From Fimbriosthenelais zetlandica (lineage: Eukaryota): a DNA stretch of 64,000 nt. Positions within the stretch are counted from its first letter, which is position 1. Every line of letters begins with the position of its first letter. Location: the NCBI GenBank assembly GCA_977030845.1, contig OZ365118.1, positions 19,344,001 to 19,408,000 on the forward strand. Direction: 5' to 3'. The notes below the pieces were generated by a model. It did no database searches, was not told where the DNA came from, and worked only from the letters and a program-made list of their open reading frames with translations. Positions 9,423 through 22,400 of this stretch are shown here, one piece after another. A program made the position numbers and the translations under genes.

Positions 9423-12400
9423 GTTCAAGACATCAAAAATGACCACAGAGGGATTATCTCCTCTTAATCCGGCGCTCACAAATTTGTTTTTAATCTGTTA
9501 CAAGCGGAGACATTAGATCTGTCGGTAACACCTTGGTTCCTAAAAGAGCAAGTTTTCCTTCATCTTGTGAACTCTGGCTTTTCCAGGCCATCCGGCCTTT
9601 GGTTTAATTCAATATGAAGATCTATACTTGTCACTTGAAAGTTGTGATTACATGATTTTACACCACAGAAATAGCCGTATGTTTTACATATTGACTGATC
9701 CTTTTGAGGGGTTTTGATCTTGTAGGATTCCTCGCCCAAATTAATATTATTACATCCGCTCTATCTTCTTTGTGTTGGTCCACATGAAAGTTCTACCCCA
9801 GCTGACCCAAAACAAATTTTTGATGTGTGAATTATACACTAAAATACAAAGATCCCAGTGATGGAACTTATGTTTCTTTAAACTTTGATAACGAGTTCCT
9901 CCCTTGACAGCGACACTCTAAATGTTCACCCTCTGATCTCTAATTTAGCGCACATTTACCACATGAGTACAATACCTGGCCTGCCGTTGATACATTAACA
10001 TTTACCTCGGGCGCTTTAATGTTAATTAGAAATTAATTCATCCATCTTTGAAGCTGATCCCGTGGGACATTGCTAACTATGTTCATCCATTCTCACCCCG
10101 ACTATGAAAGTCACATCCTCTAGACATTATTGTAACTTTAAATCTATCATGAATGTTGGGAAGTGCTTCCTGCATCACTGGGGCAATTTTATCAAAAACT
10201 TGGTTAAAAACCTGCTCCCCTGCTCACTACTCCCCGTGCTCTATGCATGTCTGGCTCTCCCAGCCACATTGCAAGCCAAGTCTGTCCAGACGGTGTTTTA
10301 AAGCATCCCTGAAATAAAGCTGAATCTCATGTGATTTTAATAAGTTTGATGCTAAACATGCAAGATTTAACATGAAGAGAGTCCCGCTAAGGTAGTTATA
10401 GGTATGAATGAGTGGGGAGGGAGGGAGAGGCGGACACAGGCTAGCCATGTTATGTGAGCAGTTATACCCGCCAGTGTCCATCTCCTCCACCCATCTGCCT
10501 GTCTGCTTCACTGTCTGAAGACAGGATTTACTAACCATTCACCAACTAAAAGTGTCAATGGTTTGTCTGAAGGGAAACAGTTAAAACCTATTGATCTTAT
10601 TCATACACAGATTCAAGCCAATCAATTCTCTAATAAAACCGTTGTAGGGATGTAAGTTTGTTAGTAATTTTATTTATCTTTGGGTTCTTTATATGTTTTG
10701 TCCCTCCTTGAGCTTATATTTAGTCCAGTATTAACACATTTATCCCAGGTATTAATGGTTCATATGGACTTCAGTTATATGAAGTCTTCCCATTCATTGT
10801 AACAGTCCATATCTTAAGACATAGGTAAACCATAAACAATATACAATAAAACAAATTAATTCAAGGAAAACACATGAAAGAACACAACTGTAAATGGAGA
10901 CAATTAGGCACCTAAAGGACAAACTAGACAACTTTAAAGATATTTTCTTCCACAACTGTCACACCCTCACACCTTAGACAGCACGATACCTGTCTCAAGT
11001 ATTAATTAGCACATCCTGCCTTTCCTCTGAACCTTTCCTTTAATACCCATAACGTTAAAAAGTAACCCTAACCACCTTCTAGATCTGTCCTGGGAAAATA
11101 TCCTTCTCTCTAACTTTCCAGGTGTGAACATCTCATTCTAATATAAACATAAACCCAGACATACCTAACATGCAATGACAGAAACTCCATGAAACTTGTT
11201 TGTTTTACTTTTCTCAGCACAAACCCTTCCCATACCCTCATCCATTGTTCCTACCCACTTCAAAGTTCCCTCCTCATCCCTCCTATCCAACTGTCTGGCT
11301 TCCCAGGGGAATCCACTTGTCTGGTTGGAAAAACGGTTCATCCATCACATATAAATTATTGTTGATTCTAAGCTTTATTTACAATTAAGATGAGACCATA
11401 GCATCATAACCATCTAAGGGGTTGTGTGTTTATGTTTATTATTATCAATTACCAGTAAAATTGGACAGTTTTGAAGGTATTGTCTCTGGTAGAAGGACCT
11501 CTGTTTTCATTAATTGTTGATTTATTGTCTGATTCTGATTGATTGGTTTCTCACTGATTTGTGGGTGATTGTCATATCGTTAGTTGTACCATTGAGAAAT
11601 AATCTGTTATCTCTTTGATTTATTAAAAAGTACTGTTCATTTCCCCTTGATTTTTACTGCATATTCATATAATTTCATCATTTTTGAATCAGCAGATTCA
11701 TTCATAAATTTCTTGTGAAGAATTAGTTTTCTGTGATGTCCGAGATTAAGAATAATCCAAAGATTTAGAAAGGACTATGGAATACTAATTTTGCCAAACA
11801 TCAGAAGATCTGACAAAGTTCTTGAATGTTTAATAAGATTTTGTCGGACCAGCGGTGAGGAAAAGATACCTGGATGTTTGATCTTAGCAGGGATCCATAT
11901 TTCTTTTGTAAATAACTAAAGAGTAATAACCATGTTTGTAAATAGATAATAAATGCTGTAAAAGTACAATAGGAGACTAGGTGTGTGAGTAATCTCCAGG
12001 TCGTCCTACCTAGTATTATCATGTCTGGTGTTGAGATTTAACTATAATCCCTATCACTTGTACCATCCCTCACCATTGTCTCTCACACACCTCCATTCAC
12101 CTGTTAAATACCTGCTTTATGTATTAACTATCTCCCATACTGACCACTATACTGACCACTATACTGACCCCTCCTGGGTCGTGTGGCTCCCCCTGGGGGT
12201 CCTAGACAGCCCCAGACAGCCCCCACTGTCTGTGATGTCTGTCGAGGGGATTTACTCATCTTACCATGTTTTAACACCAAAAGCCAACTTACCCTGGTGT
12301 TAGGGCAGGACGACCTACTGCTCTATCCCCAAACTTATACCATTAATGGCTTAATCACGGATAATCTTGTATAGAAAGGTCCAATATTAAAGCAAGGAAA

Positions 12401-12815
12401 GCTCCAGGGTGGGGCACTATCATAGGTTTAGGTGATTAAACGTAGACACAACAGAGATGGTCTCTGGCCATTTAATTGCAATCAGGGATTGTTTTGGGTG
12501 AAGTCTGTACACATGGTGTTTTCTTCACAGTCCGAGAATCCTTAACTTGAAACAATGCTTTGTGTATTGGAGGTACAAGGTGTTGTCAGAGGGCGTTGTG
12601 GGCTAAGATTATGTCGTTGGTTTGTTGGTCCTGCCTTTGAACCTTTTTCATTCACGTAGAGATCTGTTTAGAAAACATATTAAACTTGTGTTTGGATGAG
12701 ATGTCTTTATGGTAGATACGGTGATTACTTTTCTGGTGTATTTCAGGTCGTTTTTCCCTGAAGATATCTTGATGTTTTGACTCAGTAATTTAATTATAAT
12801 TTTCTTGTTTTTCAG

Positions 12816-12954
12816 GAAGAGGAGATAGAGTGGCTAGGACTGAGTTTGGTCGAGGCTGAGAGAAAGCAAATCCACGAGGAGCGACGGAAAGAGTTTGAGA
12901 GCAAACGTCCGCTGAAAGAGGCCTACCTGGCCGACCTCATACAAGATCTCAAAG
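12816..12954 (+). CDS. MRPL28: MRPL28 coding exon (EEEIEWLGLSLVEAERKQIHEERRKEFESKRPLKEAYLADLIQDLK), phase 0/1
   Basis: tttttcag acceptor and G|gtgagt donor. Similar to human EEEAEWVGLTLEEAIEKQ...PLFKIYVAELIQQL. The ORF track missed it because it has no start codon. Confidence 0.9.
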
Positions 12955-13154
12955 GTGAGTCTTACCCCAAGATGCTAGTGTTTTATTACTGTCTTTAGAT
13001 ATATTTATGAAATAATTAATTACAATGGGATAATTATCTATCGTAGATATTAACCTTTATTTTTGATATATTATATTTAGTATAAATAGTACATGTACCC
13101 ATTTAAATAACTTTGGTAATTCTAATTCACTTTTGTCCCTCTCTATTTTTTCAG

Positions 13155-13182
13155 TGAAGGGAATAAACGAGACGGAAGAAAC
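13155..13182 (+). CDS. MRPL28: MRPL28 28-nt micro-exon (VKGINETEET), phase 1/2
   Basis: Flanked by ctctattttttcag and gtaagt. The phases fit both neighbouring exons. Confidence 0.7.
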
Positions 13183-13364
13183 GTAAGTTATTTGAAAGCT
13201 TGTTAATAATTTAGCTTCATAAGAAACATACTCTTGGAAAGTATGAAACACCTTTTTTCCCTTGGGTTCTTATCCTGTTACTTTTAAGGATAAGACTTAG
13301 TACCTTTAAGCAATGTTTGAGATGATTTTTGACCGGTCTGTAGTCCTATATTTCCATATTTCAG

Positions 13365-13410
13365 ACCGTCTCTCATCTCCCGCATCAACCCCTTCAAAAA
13401 AGAGAGCTGA
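13365..13410 (+). CDS. MRPL28: MRPL28 terminal coding exon (TPSLISRINPFKKES*)
   Basis: tttccatatttcag acceptor. It is in frame after the micro-exon and ends at TGA 13408-13410. Confidence 0.7.
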
Positions 13411-14363
13411 CCTGTGGCGCCCTCTAGTTCAGCTCGCCGACACTACGCGTCGTGGGAGTACACCGCCGCTCCAGCATACTCTGATGGTACTGACTCCTAC
13501 TGGAATATTGTGGAACTAAATCACTTTATCATGAACTCTCAATAATCATGTTAAACATTAAATTATTTCAAGTTAAACAAAATATTTCTTGTTTATCAGA
13601 ATGAGAGTTGTGTACTTGAGAGTTTGAATGGCAGGTTTAACATTACTTTATATTTGAGTTTATTAGTAATATTTCCTTCTAGTTAGACATTAGGAACGTT
13701 ACATACTAATGTCATTGGTGACTAACTTGTGTGAAAAGAAATAGTTAACCTGTTGTTATTTCTGTCTTATCTAATCTTTTTCTTATTTCCTTTATTTGTT
13801 TGAATCGAAATGTAGTCTGACATACATTTGTGGCAAATGTAGTTTGGACCAACTTCCTTTGAGGAATCCCCTCCAACAAGCCCCTGGACCTGCGGTAATC
13901 CAGTCCATTCACACATGTATTTTCCAGTATAACATGTAGAGATGGAGCATATAAATGGGAGTATTTGATTTGGGGTCTGGACCACAAATTAGCCACCACC
14001 ACTATACAATGTGGCTGGGATCTGACTCTCTTATTGCCTACATCTGATAAATGATACCCGTCATAACTTCTCTAAATCACAAGGCCACAGAAAGAGCCCG
14101 GGGTCAAAAACACCATGAAGGTGTGAACATTGAGCCCTCCTTTATCATATGTGTGGGTGTATATAGGCCTGTATGAGAGGGCATCGTATGGTTGGGGTAT
14201 GATTTAATAAGAGACCTGGACTGACCACCCGCGCTCCATGCCGACCCCTCACCCCAGACATGCTGCGCTGGACAATAGGTGAGAGGAGGTAGATAGAGAC
14301 GAGCATGTGAGACATGTATGTCTGTTATAATCATGGAAATCATCAAAGCCATGCCGCCCCTAT

Positions 14364-14434
14364 CTCCTCCCATCTCCCCGGCCCCTTCCCCCCTCCTCCT
14401 CCCATCTCCCCGGCCCCTACCCCCTCCTCCTCCC
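14364..14434. repeat. C-rich 32-bp tandem duplication (ctcctcccatctccccggcccct..), G-quadruplex-prone on the - strand
   Basis: Two copies with period 32 starting at 14364 and 14396. Confidence 0.75.
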
Positions 14435-15480
14435 GGCTGCCCAGCGCCTACAGGTGGTGGAGCTGGTATACAGCCCCCGGCCTCCCTCCCCGGGCCTCCT
14501 TTATGTCTTTGACTTGTGATATATCACTGGTGAAACTTGAGACTTTATGATCTATAATTTATAGCTAGATGGTCACTTTTAACTCCGCTCATGGGAAAAC
14601 TTCCAGTATTAGTTTGATTAATGATCTCTCACTTCAGACTTGTACTTCCACTGGTCAAACTTAGATTTATCTTTTAAAGATTTCTAGAAAATCTTCTAGA
14701 AAACCCTGAGGGGAGAATATGTGGATATTTCGAACTAAAACTTAGAAAATAGATTATTCATTTATTGAATTTTAATAAGCCTTAAAAATGTTTTCAAAAC
14801 CGGAAAAAGCTGCAGCTGTAATGGAATGCATGTCAATGTTAATCTTGGTGAGGGTGGTGGGAGGAGGGGAGGGGGGTAGAGGGTAAAGGGGTGTAGAGGG
14901 TAGAGGTAGAAGAGAGGCAGTAAAAGGCGGGTAATCCCAGCACACATCACGCGAGTAGCATGCCTCTACATGCATGTATGTTGTTACATGTTGATTGTCA
15001 TCCTACACTGAGGACTAGAGAGGCTGGTACGAGAAATGTGCATCATTCACTGGTTGATAGTCACTTACACTGTGTGTCTAACCACCCCCCCCCCCCCCCC
15101 CCATCCCAGTCCCACCTTCAGATCTATAATGCATCCCTTCACTTCATTTAGACATAGACAAATTGACCATTGAACCCATCTATTTGTTATGTATATCAGT
15201 TGCTATTGGAAGTTTAATTTTAAGCCTGATTTCTCAACATTTTACCTTATTTTTTCAGACACAACTCCCACACCAATATCTTGTCTCAGAAAGGTTAGAC
15301 CCCTGTAGACTAAGACAAGTTTGTTTTGTTACGTTATTTTACGTTTTAAGTTACGTTGTGTTGTGAACTTACGTTCACTAGTATTAAGAACTGTTTAATA
15401 CCGACCATGAAAAATGTGAGCTGTACTTCCAGTCGTACTGGAGTACGGATAAGTTCACGTCTAACTTCCTAAACTCCTAA

Positions 15481-15541
15481 AATCGAGATTATGGTAAGTA
15501 TAATCGAGATTATGGTAAGTGTAATCGAATCTATGGTAAGT
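15481..15541. repeat. 21-bp tandem repeat aatcgagattatggtaagtat x3
   Basis: Directly visible. Each unit contains ATG|GTAAGT. Confidence 0.85.
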
Positions 15542-18500
15542 AAGGTACCAGTTAATTATTCGATTAATCTGGGAATATTTTTCCGGGGTGTATATTGAAA
15601 AAATCACCCCCGAACTTGGCAATACAAACTAATATTTAAGATATAAATCTAGAGGCTAGACACTTTATTACCATGGTACATCTTGATTACTCAACCATGG
15701 AGAGTTATTACCATAAAAAACAACTAAGAATGTGACAGTTTTAACATTGAAAAGTCAGGTGAATTAACATGAATATGTAACATGGTTTGATGGTTTACAT
15801 GCATGGAAAACGCACAAAAAATGATGTGACATGTCGTCACTTAGTAAGTAAAAGGGGAAAAAAGAAAGAAAGATTCATGAGACATGCAGTGAGTTTGGAA
15901 TTAATGTGCCATCACTTAGTGCCGTACTTGAGGGGTCCTGTGAGGACAGGCCGTTTATATGTAATATTGACTCAGAGGGGGCCTCTCTCATCATTATTTA
16001 TGTGTTTTTTATTGCTTCACTTGAAAAAGCGAGCACCTGCCGGTAATTTCGAAGCAGATTTAGAAACGGCCCCCTCCCTCCGTCCTCCGTCACTCTTCTT
16101 GGTCGTTTCTGTGGCCTAAAAGTTTGTCTGTTTAGAACGCGATAATAGGTAAAGTATCCAATACCTTCCCTGTGGAAATCCATATGGGGATCCAGTAATT
16201 GAATAAGTTCAGGCATTACTTGAAGTTGGACAAATTAAAGCTGGAATAAGTTAAACATAAGGTTGACTCTTTCCCGCTTTGATCATTGAAGTTACTTTAT
16301 TACACCCACTCTGGGTGTTGTTGAGGGTGTCTGGGAACCTTGATGTACATATGTATATTTATGGGGGTATATATACAGGGTTTATATTCGGGGTGTGAGT
16401 ATCACCTCCCGGCCCCTCATTCCCTCATTGATGTTTCCACCTAACATCTTTGAACACACCTGCTGCCTTTTCAAGGACCCCTGAAAAATCTCCCCACCTG
16501 ACGTCCCTAAGAGGCGATCAAGAGAGGTAGAATTATACCGCCAGTGATCAATAAAGTCTCCTCCTTCTCTCCTCCACTCTCTAAAACACTCTCCTCATCC
16601 CCACATCAAAGCCCAACCCTTCATTGTCTTTCCCCGCCCGCCTCAACCCCCCATTTACATGTTACCCTAACATGACACCTCGACTAGTCTGAAACTATAG
16701 CCCTCTCAGCTCCCACCCTCCACACGGCCATCTATACCGGGAGGACGAGGTGCCAGTCTCTATTGTTCCACGGACGCCTATATTTCATTTAAAGCTGTCG
16801 TATTGACACAGCATCCTAAGACAGCCCCACAGCTGCATTAAACTTCCCACTCTCCACCTCCGCTCATCTTTCATTCCATATTTTATCCACAAACGGCGAC
16901 ATGTGTATCTGTAATGACGCGTTTGTTTCGTGACGTCATCAAAGGCAGACGACACATAGTGAGGTGACACTTCTGTGTTTAGCTGACCACTCATTTCTGA
17001 CGCCTTCTAATGACTTCTCTGGTCGCGGGGTGATGACAAACAAGCCAGCTGAAATTGTGGGCAAATTGTCCACCATTGCTTAGACCTATTGTTCTGCCAC
17101 AATCCATAGACTTTGTATGGAAGAGAACCAGGAATTACCTCAATGGTATGATTGGGCTTAATTTGCTGGAGCCTGGGCCGTGTCCACTGTCCTCTCTTAA
17201 ATATCAGTAAATTACAGGGAGACGCGCTTAGTGCAGATTTAGAAATTACAGGCTGGAATGTAAAGATTATAGTGTGAAGCGCATGCAGTGTTTTCACCTT
17301 TTTCTGCGTGTTTTGTATAGGCCTTGTACAAACACATGTATTTGTTATTCTCTCTTGATCAGGTAGATTGAAAATTAGAGAGAAAATATTTATACTCGAC
17401 CAATTGCTCCCCATATAGTTACTTGGTCTGAAATAAAAATAAAGCTGGGTGGATTCAATGTAGGGTAATTATGATCCCTGAAAAATAACTATTAACTCTG
17501 GAGAAGCTGGTATACATTTCTAGAGAATCTTTTCTACAGTCGAACAAAACTCAAGCTCTAGAAATGAAGCTTCCTTGTTTAAGGAGAAAGAGAAAATATA
17601 TACTTTCTGCAAATATACTTTGTTGTTCGCCAAGACTGTTGCCTACAATGGAACAAAATGTAAACCCCTGCAACGAATTTTAAGAATAGACAGCTTCCAT
17701 ATTAGGAGAGAAAAGGGGTTTGAACCCCAGTGGCTTTCACCTAGTAAAGTTATAAGGTTCGTGTCAATATTTTGTGTATCTTTACATGATTTAAACCCCC
17801 CCCCCCCAACTTCCTCGTTTTACCACTAGATGCGTTGGTTCCGCACCGACAACGTATATATTACCTTTTATTGCACTAATTTCATTTCTTAGATTAGTTG
17901 AGCAAGCTGGCTCCCTAGATAGCCTGAAGGTGAATGAAGATGGGGCGTTATAAAGAAACCGCAATGTCCTTCTACACTACAAGCATCCCACTGTACCTGT
18001 ACCGGAAACTAACCACAGAATACACCCCCGGCAGGACAGTAACTCCCCAAATAATGATCAAAAAACACCCCCACACACGCCACGCTCCCTCCATGATCTA
18101 ATACAGGCATATCACCCATTGTAATCAATGTGACTTAGACACAGGTTGGGATGTAGGTGGTACATAGTGTCTTACACACGCTATGCGGTGAAGTTTAGTG
18201 TTTTCTGAAATGCTTTCTTTCCATCCATGACTTAGCTTTGTTCTCTTGATGTCTATACCTGTCATAGGGACGTATGCCCCAAGGCTTCCCCCCCCCCCCT
18301 CCCTCCACTCCCCCCCCCCCATCCCACACTGACTCTAGCCCACATCGCGTGGTGGCAGTCAAAAGGACCCATCCTATTGAGTATATGGAAGCATCGCATG
18401 TTAAAGTAAAGCCCTCTTTGATGAGAACATCATTTAGACGGCCAGCCTATATACCTGTATTTTCCTCTAATACAGCCATTAAATCTCTAATTTCACGCAC

Positions 18501-19284
18501 GTGGTAGAACCCTCCCATTCACCCTGTCACACTTGTTTATACTTTTCACGTTTCTATATTTCAACATTTCTAAAGCAATTCATATCATGACAGGGCGTTT
18601 TTGTCAAATAGAAACAAGTTGGGGCGAAATACATGCGAATATTGAAATGTTTTTCAAGCTTTGTGAATTTTACAATGCATTGGAATGTAACAGAAATGGA
18701 AATGTTACAAATCCGAATGATAACATGCGAATGATAGCAGTCAGTAGTTTGATTAGACCTAGGACTATAACATGCACCCATTCAATCCATTCAATCCCTT
18801 CAAATATTTCTTTAGGTTGAAATTTTAAGCCAATAATAATTATTAAACATCTTGCTGACATATCACAATGTTATTTTAAAGCACCTTGAAGATGTATAAA
18901 TTTACAGGCTCAAACATAGCAAGGTTTGAAAGTCTGTGAGTGTAACATTAGTCAAGCATATTAATGTTTTTATTATATTTAATAATTTCCCCATGAGTGG
19001 TCCCCACACCTGATTAGCGGTAGGGTGGGGACGTGATGCTGTGAGATGATCAGATCTATACCAGCCATCACCTTACACCGCCCCAGGTCTCTCTACTCTC
19101 ACTCTAATCCACTGATCACAGCTTACATTAATCTGATCCTTGACTCGGCTAACCACCCGTGTAAATCACCATGGTCACCGACCATCCACCCGCCACACCT
19201 CGCCTCAACCCTCCCCCAGGCCGAGTTTTTGTTATAGCCTACAAAGAGGGATCTCCACGGCCATCTCACCATGTCATGCGCACA

Positions 19285-19450
19285 TGACCTCCCCTGGAGG
19301 CCCCACCATGACCTCAAGGTCAGGTCAAGGGCACCTCCTCATGCTGCGCCCATCGAAAAGACGTCAAGCAAGGTCAAATGACCTTATGCGACGTCTTGTC
19401 GTAACTTTGACCTTGCCTATCAGGCGCTTCATCGTCGGCGAGGCTTTGAT
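19285..19450. promoter_or_regulatory. Dense nuclear-receptor half-site (AGGTCA) cluster plus a TCF motif
   Basis: Seven AGGTCA/TGACCT hexamers at 19285, 19309, 19317, 19322, 19371, 19379 and 19408, and ctttgat at 19444. Confidence 0.4.
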
Positions 19451-22400
19451 CTGGCGAGAGTGTCTCATCACATGGCGAGGGTAATGAGAAATGGTAATAT
19501 GACGATATAAGTAGAGAAATGTGAGATGAGACAATCGTCATGAGATCATTGATGATTATCAAACTGTCATCACTGCTTATACCCACCTTATTACTCCTAT
19601 CTCTGTCTCTCATATTCCTTACTGATAAGTCTAATTTACATGCATATTCATGACGACACTAACTTTCATCTAGACAATAGTTCACTGTCTATCATTTCAT
19701 TTAGAAACACCTGACACATTGACTTTTGATACCTAGTCCTAGGCCCTACAGGTGGCTTTTCTGAAATATGTTTTCTTTTGAATATAAGGACTGCTTATGG
19801 CAATACCCTATTTCCCAATGATTATCACCACAGAAGAGACATAAAAGATGTCTGTATGACACGGGGCAAGGAAGCTGTGGGAAGATCTTATCAAATATCA
19901 CCCCGTGACTTTGAAAATTGAATATTTGAACCCAGTGTGGAGGTTGAGAGCTGGGAGCTAGCGTCAATCATATTGCCTGTCACATGTAGACTAAACCTAC
20001 ATGCTACATCTCCATGACCTAGCCTCGCTTTGATCTCTAAACCTCCTTGTCAACCCTGTTAACATCCGGGCGTTTCGCACGTCGCACCACGTGATGTGGT
20101 CGCGTGGAGACGTACGTCGACCTCCCGACTAACGAGGGACGCGTTAAATATTAAAATAACTCCATACATGCGATCATTATTGTGGGTCCAATAAAAAGGC
20201 CAGAACGGTGACATGGAGTGACAGCAGACAATGCCTGCCTTGTCTCATTCTTGTATTGCCTCAGCAAAAGACTGCCATGATCTAAGGAAGCTAGGATGGG
20301 GTGGCGGACAGTTGGCTTGAGTCGTACACGCGTCCTCTGACATGGGTTCATGTTAGATTTATTATATTATATGACACCTCGCCTCATGTACCATCAACTG
20401 ACGAAAGCTTTTGCATGATAGAGATACATTAAGGCATGATGGAAGTGGTTGGGAAATTGGCGCTCAACAGGTTAGGTATGAATGTTTTCTGCCTGGTATT
20501 GGTATGGGGGTCAGGGGATGGCTTTAATGTATCTATACATGGTGTGAATGTAGAAGATGAGATCAAAGTGAAGTAGCACGACAAGATGGGGCACATTAAG
20601 TCACAAATAACATCCTGCCCTGGTGACTATCCTTCCTAAAAATCCCAAGATTCAAACAAAAATTCTACTGTCAGATATATGATATGTCCTTATAGTGTTC
20701 ATTCATGGAAGGAACATCTTTATTGAAGATGCCCCACTGAATTATCCAAGATGGAGGAAAGAGTCAGGTTACATTGCATACATGAATTTTTCAATAATGA
20801 AAGGTTTGTGTAGAAGGGCTGACTCTTGTTTGCCTTTGGTGCTTGCCTTCCTCCCACTACATATGCCCACTTCTGATTCAGACGTGAAATACAAGCCAGA
20901 ACCCTTCTAAAGGTCAGCTTTTATCTCCCGAAAACATCCCTATAGACATTGTGACGTGCTACATGCGTCCAAATTACCATGGAAACCAAGTGTATGGATA
21001 ATGGTAACCCAGCTTACACTGGGTCACATCAAGAGTGATTATTCCTCAACCAACACTGCCTCTCAATGCATTCTTGGAGGCAGGGTTCGGGGTTTAGGGC
21101 TATCCGGTCAAGATATGGCCTGGGGTGAGGGAAGACCCGCCTCGACCATAACAAGGGTTATGGGTGCTATGATAATGCCTAAGTATCATCATATGATAGG
21201 TGGATGGACAATGCAGGCACTGGCTTTGTCACTTGTAGGCAAACCCTTGTCTCTTCCAGCCCTGAGGGACTTCCTGAGGCGGGAGGTAGGTGTACCCGAG
21301 GCCAAGGACGATACTTCCCAAAGTTAAATGCTTCCCTTTATGTTGCATATATATAGGAAATTTCCTGGGTTTGACCAGTAAATTGGTTGCTAAGAGCTAA
21401 TGTACCTGCCCATTTTAATTGCAAGTCCAACCCCCTGAGTCTTTAGTCAAGTAGTGAACGTCTTTGGATTTCAAATCCCAAATATATTGCTAAATTACTT
21501 TTTGTTTGAGCTTGATGCACTTTTTCCTCGGGTGATATTGAATGTGCGTCACATTTAAAAGCAATCCGTCTTCACGTAATTTAGAAAATCTGCCACATGT
21601 GCAGTATTTGGTGGGTGGTAACAGTATGGCCTGAATATTTAGTTCCATTAGCTTACATCCATGCATTTTAATTGTTTTAAGGCAGTAATTGTTAGGTTAT
21701 AATTGCCTTGAGAATTCCATGACCTAATGGCTACCTCCTTACTGGGCGACATTTTTGTATAATTACATGAAACCAGCGACATGTAACTGACACGTGGCTA
21801 ATTACGCCATGATTTGTGGTAAATGACCATAGCTGATCTTTTTAACGGAGCTCTACTGGTCCCGTCCCATGGGAACATGTCCCCTCCTGTGACAAATGGA
21901 AAGCAATTTCAGTCATTCATACACACTTTCAATGGTATATAGCCTGGGACAATAAGCTTGAGTTAATTATGACGATCTCTAGTTGCTGTAATTGGTATTG
22001 TGCTATAGTGTCTTGTAGTGTCCGGGGTGGGGTTAGTGAGATGATGGTCGCCACTCCACCATTATCTATAATCAACCTATGATTTATGATGATCTCTGCT
22101 AGGTTTAAGGTTCAGGTGTAGGACCTAGCAAGATCCAGTAATGTATGGGTCAACTTAACAAGTGGATAAGGTCAACGATCCTGTCACCGTGCCTATCTAC
22201 TTAATTAATGATCCATGGGAAAGTTACACTGCTCTTGCCCACCGGACAAATCTCTGCCGTTGCCCTATAATTGATATACATGTCTCAGGGCCATTAATGT
22301 ACTTTGATGCATCGCATGTTCGTGTGCTAGAATTTAATGATACTTTGGACCCTTGGGACATTGGGACAGTTGATATTTTTTAGTATTTCAATGGTTTATT

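Larger units (their letters stand above)
1608..12815 (+). other. MRPL28: 11,208-bp intron of MRPL28 that hosts gene A on the opposite strand
   Basis: GTAAGT...TTTTCAG boundaries. The flanking exons join in frame (..QFIIP|EEEIEWLGL..), collinear with human MRPL28 EFAIPEEEAEWVGL. Confidence 0.85.

Noticed and set aside
17254-17266. TGGAATGTAAAGA, identical to the first 13 nt of miR-1
   Set aside because: The 3' half diverges from miR-1 and there is no complementary upstream arm to form a precursor hairpin.
19540-19551. TGAGATCATTG resembling the 5' end of bantam miRNA
   Set aside because: Only about 11 nt match and no star arm is present.
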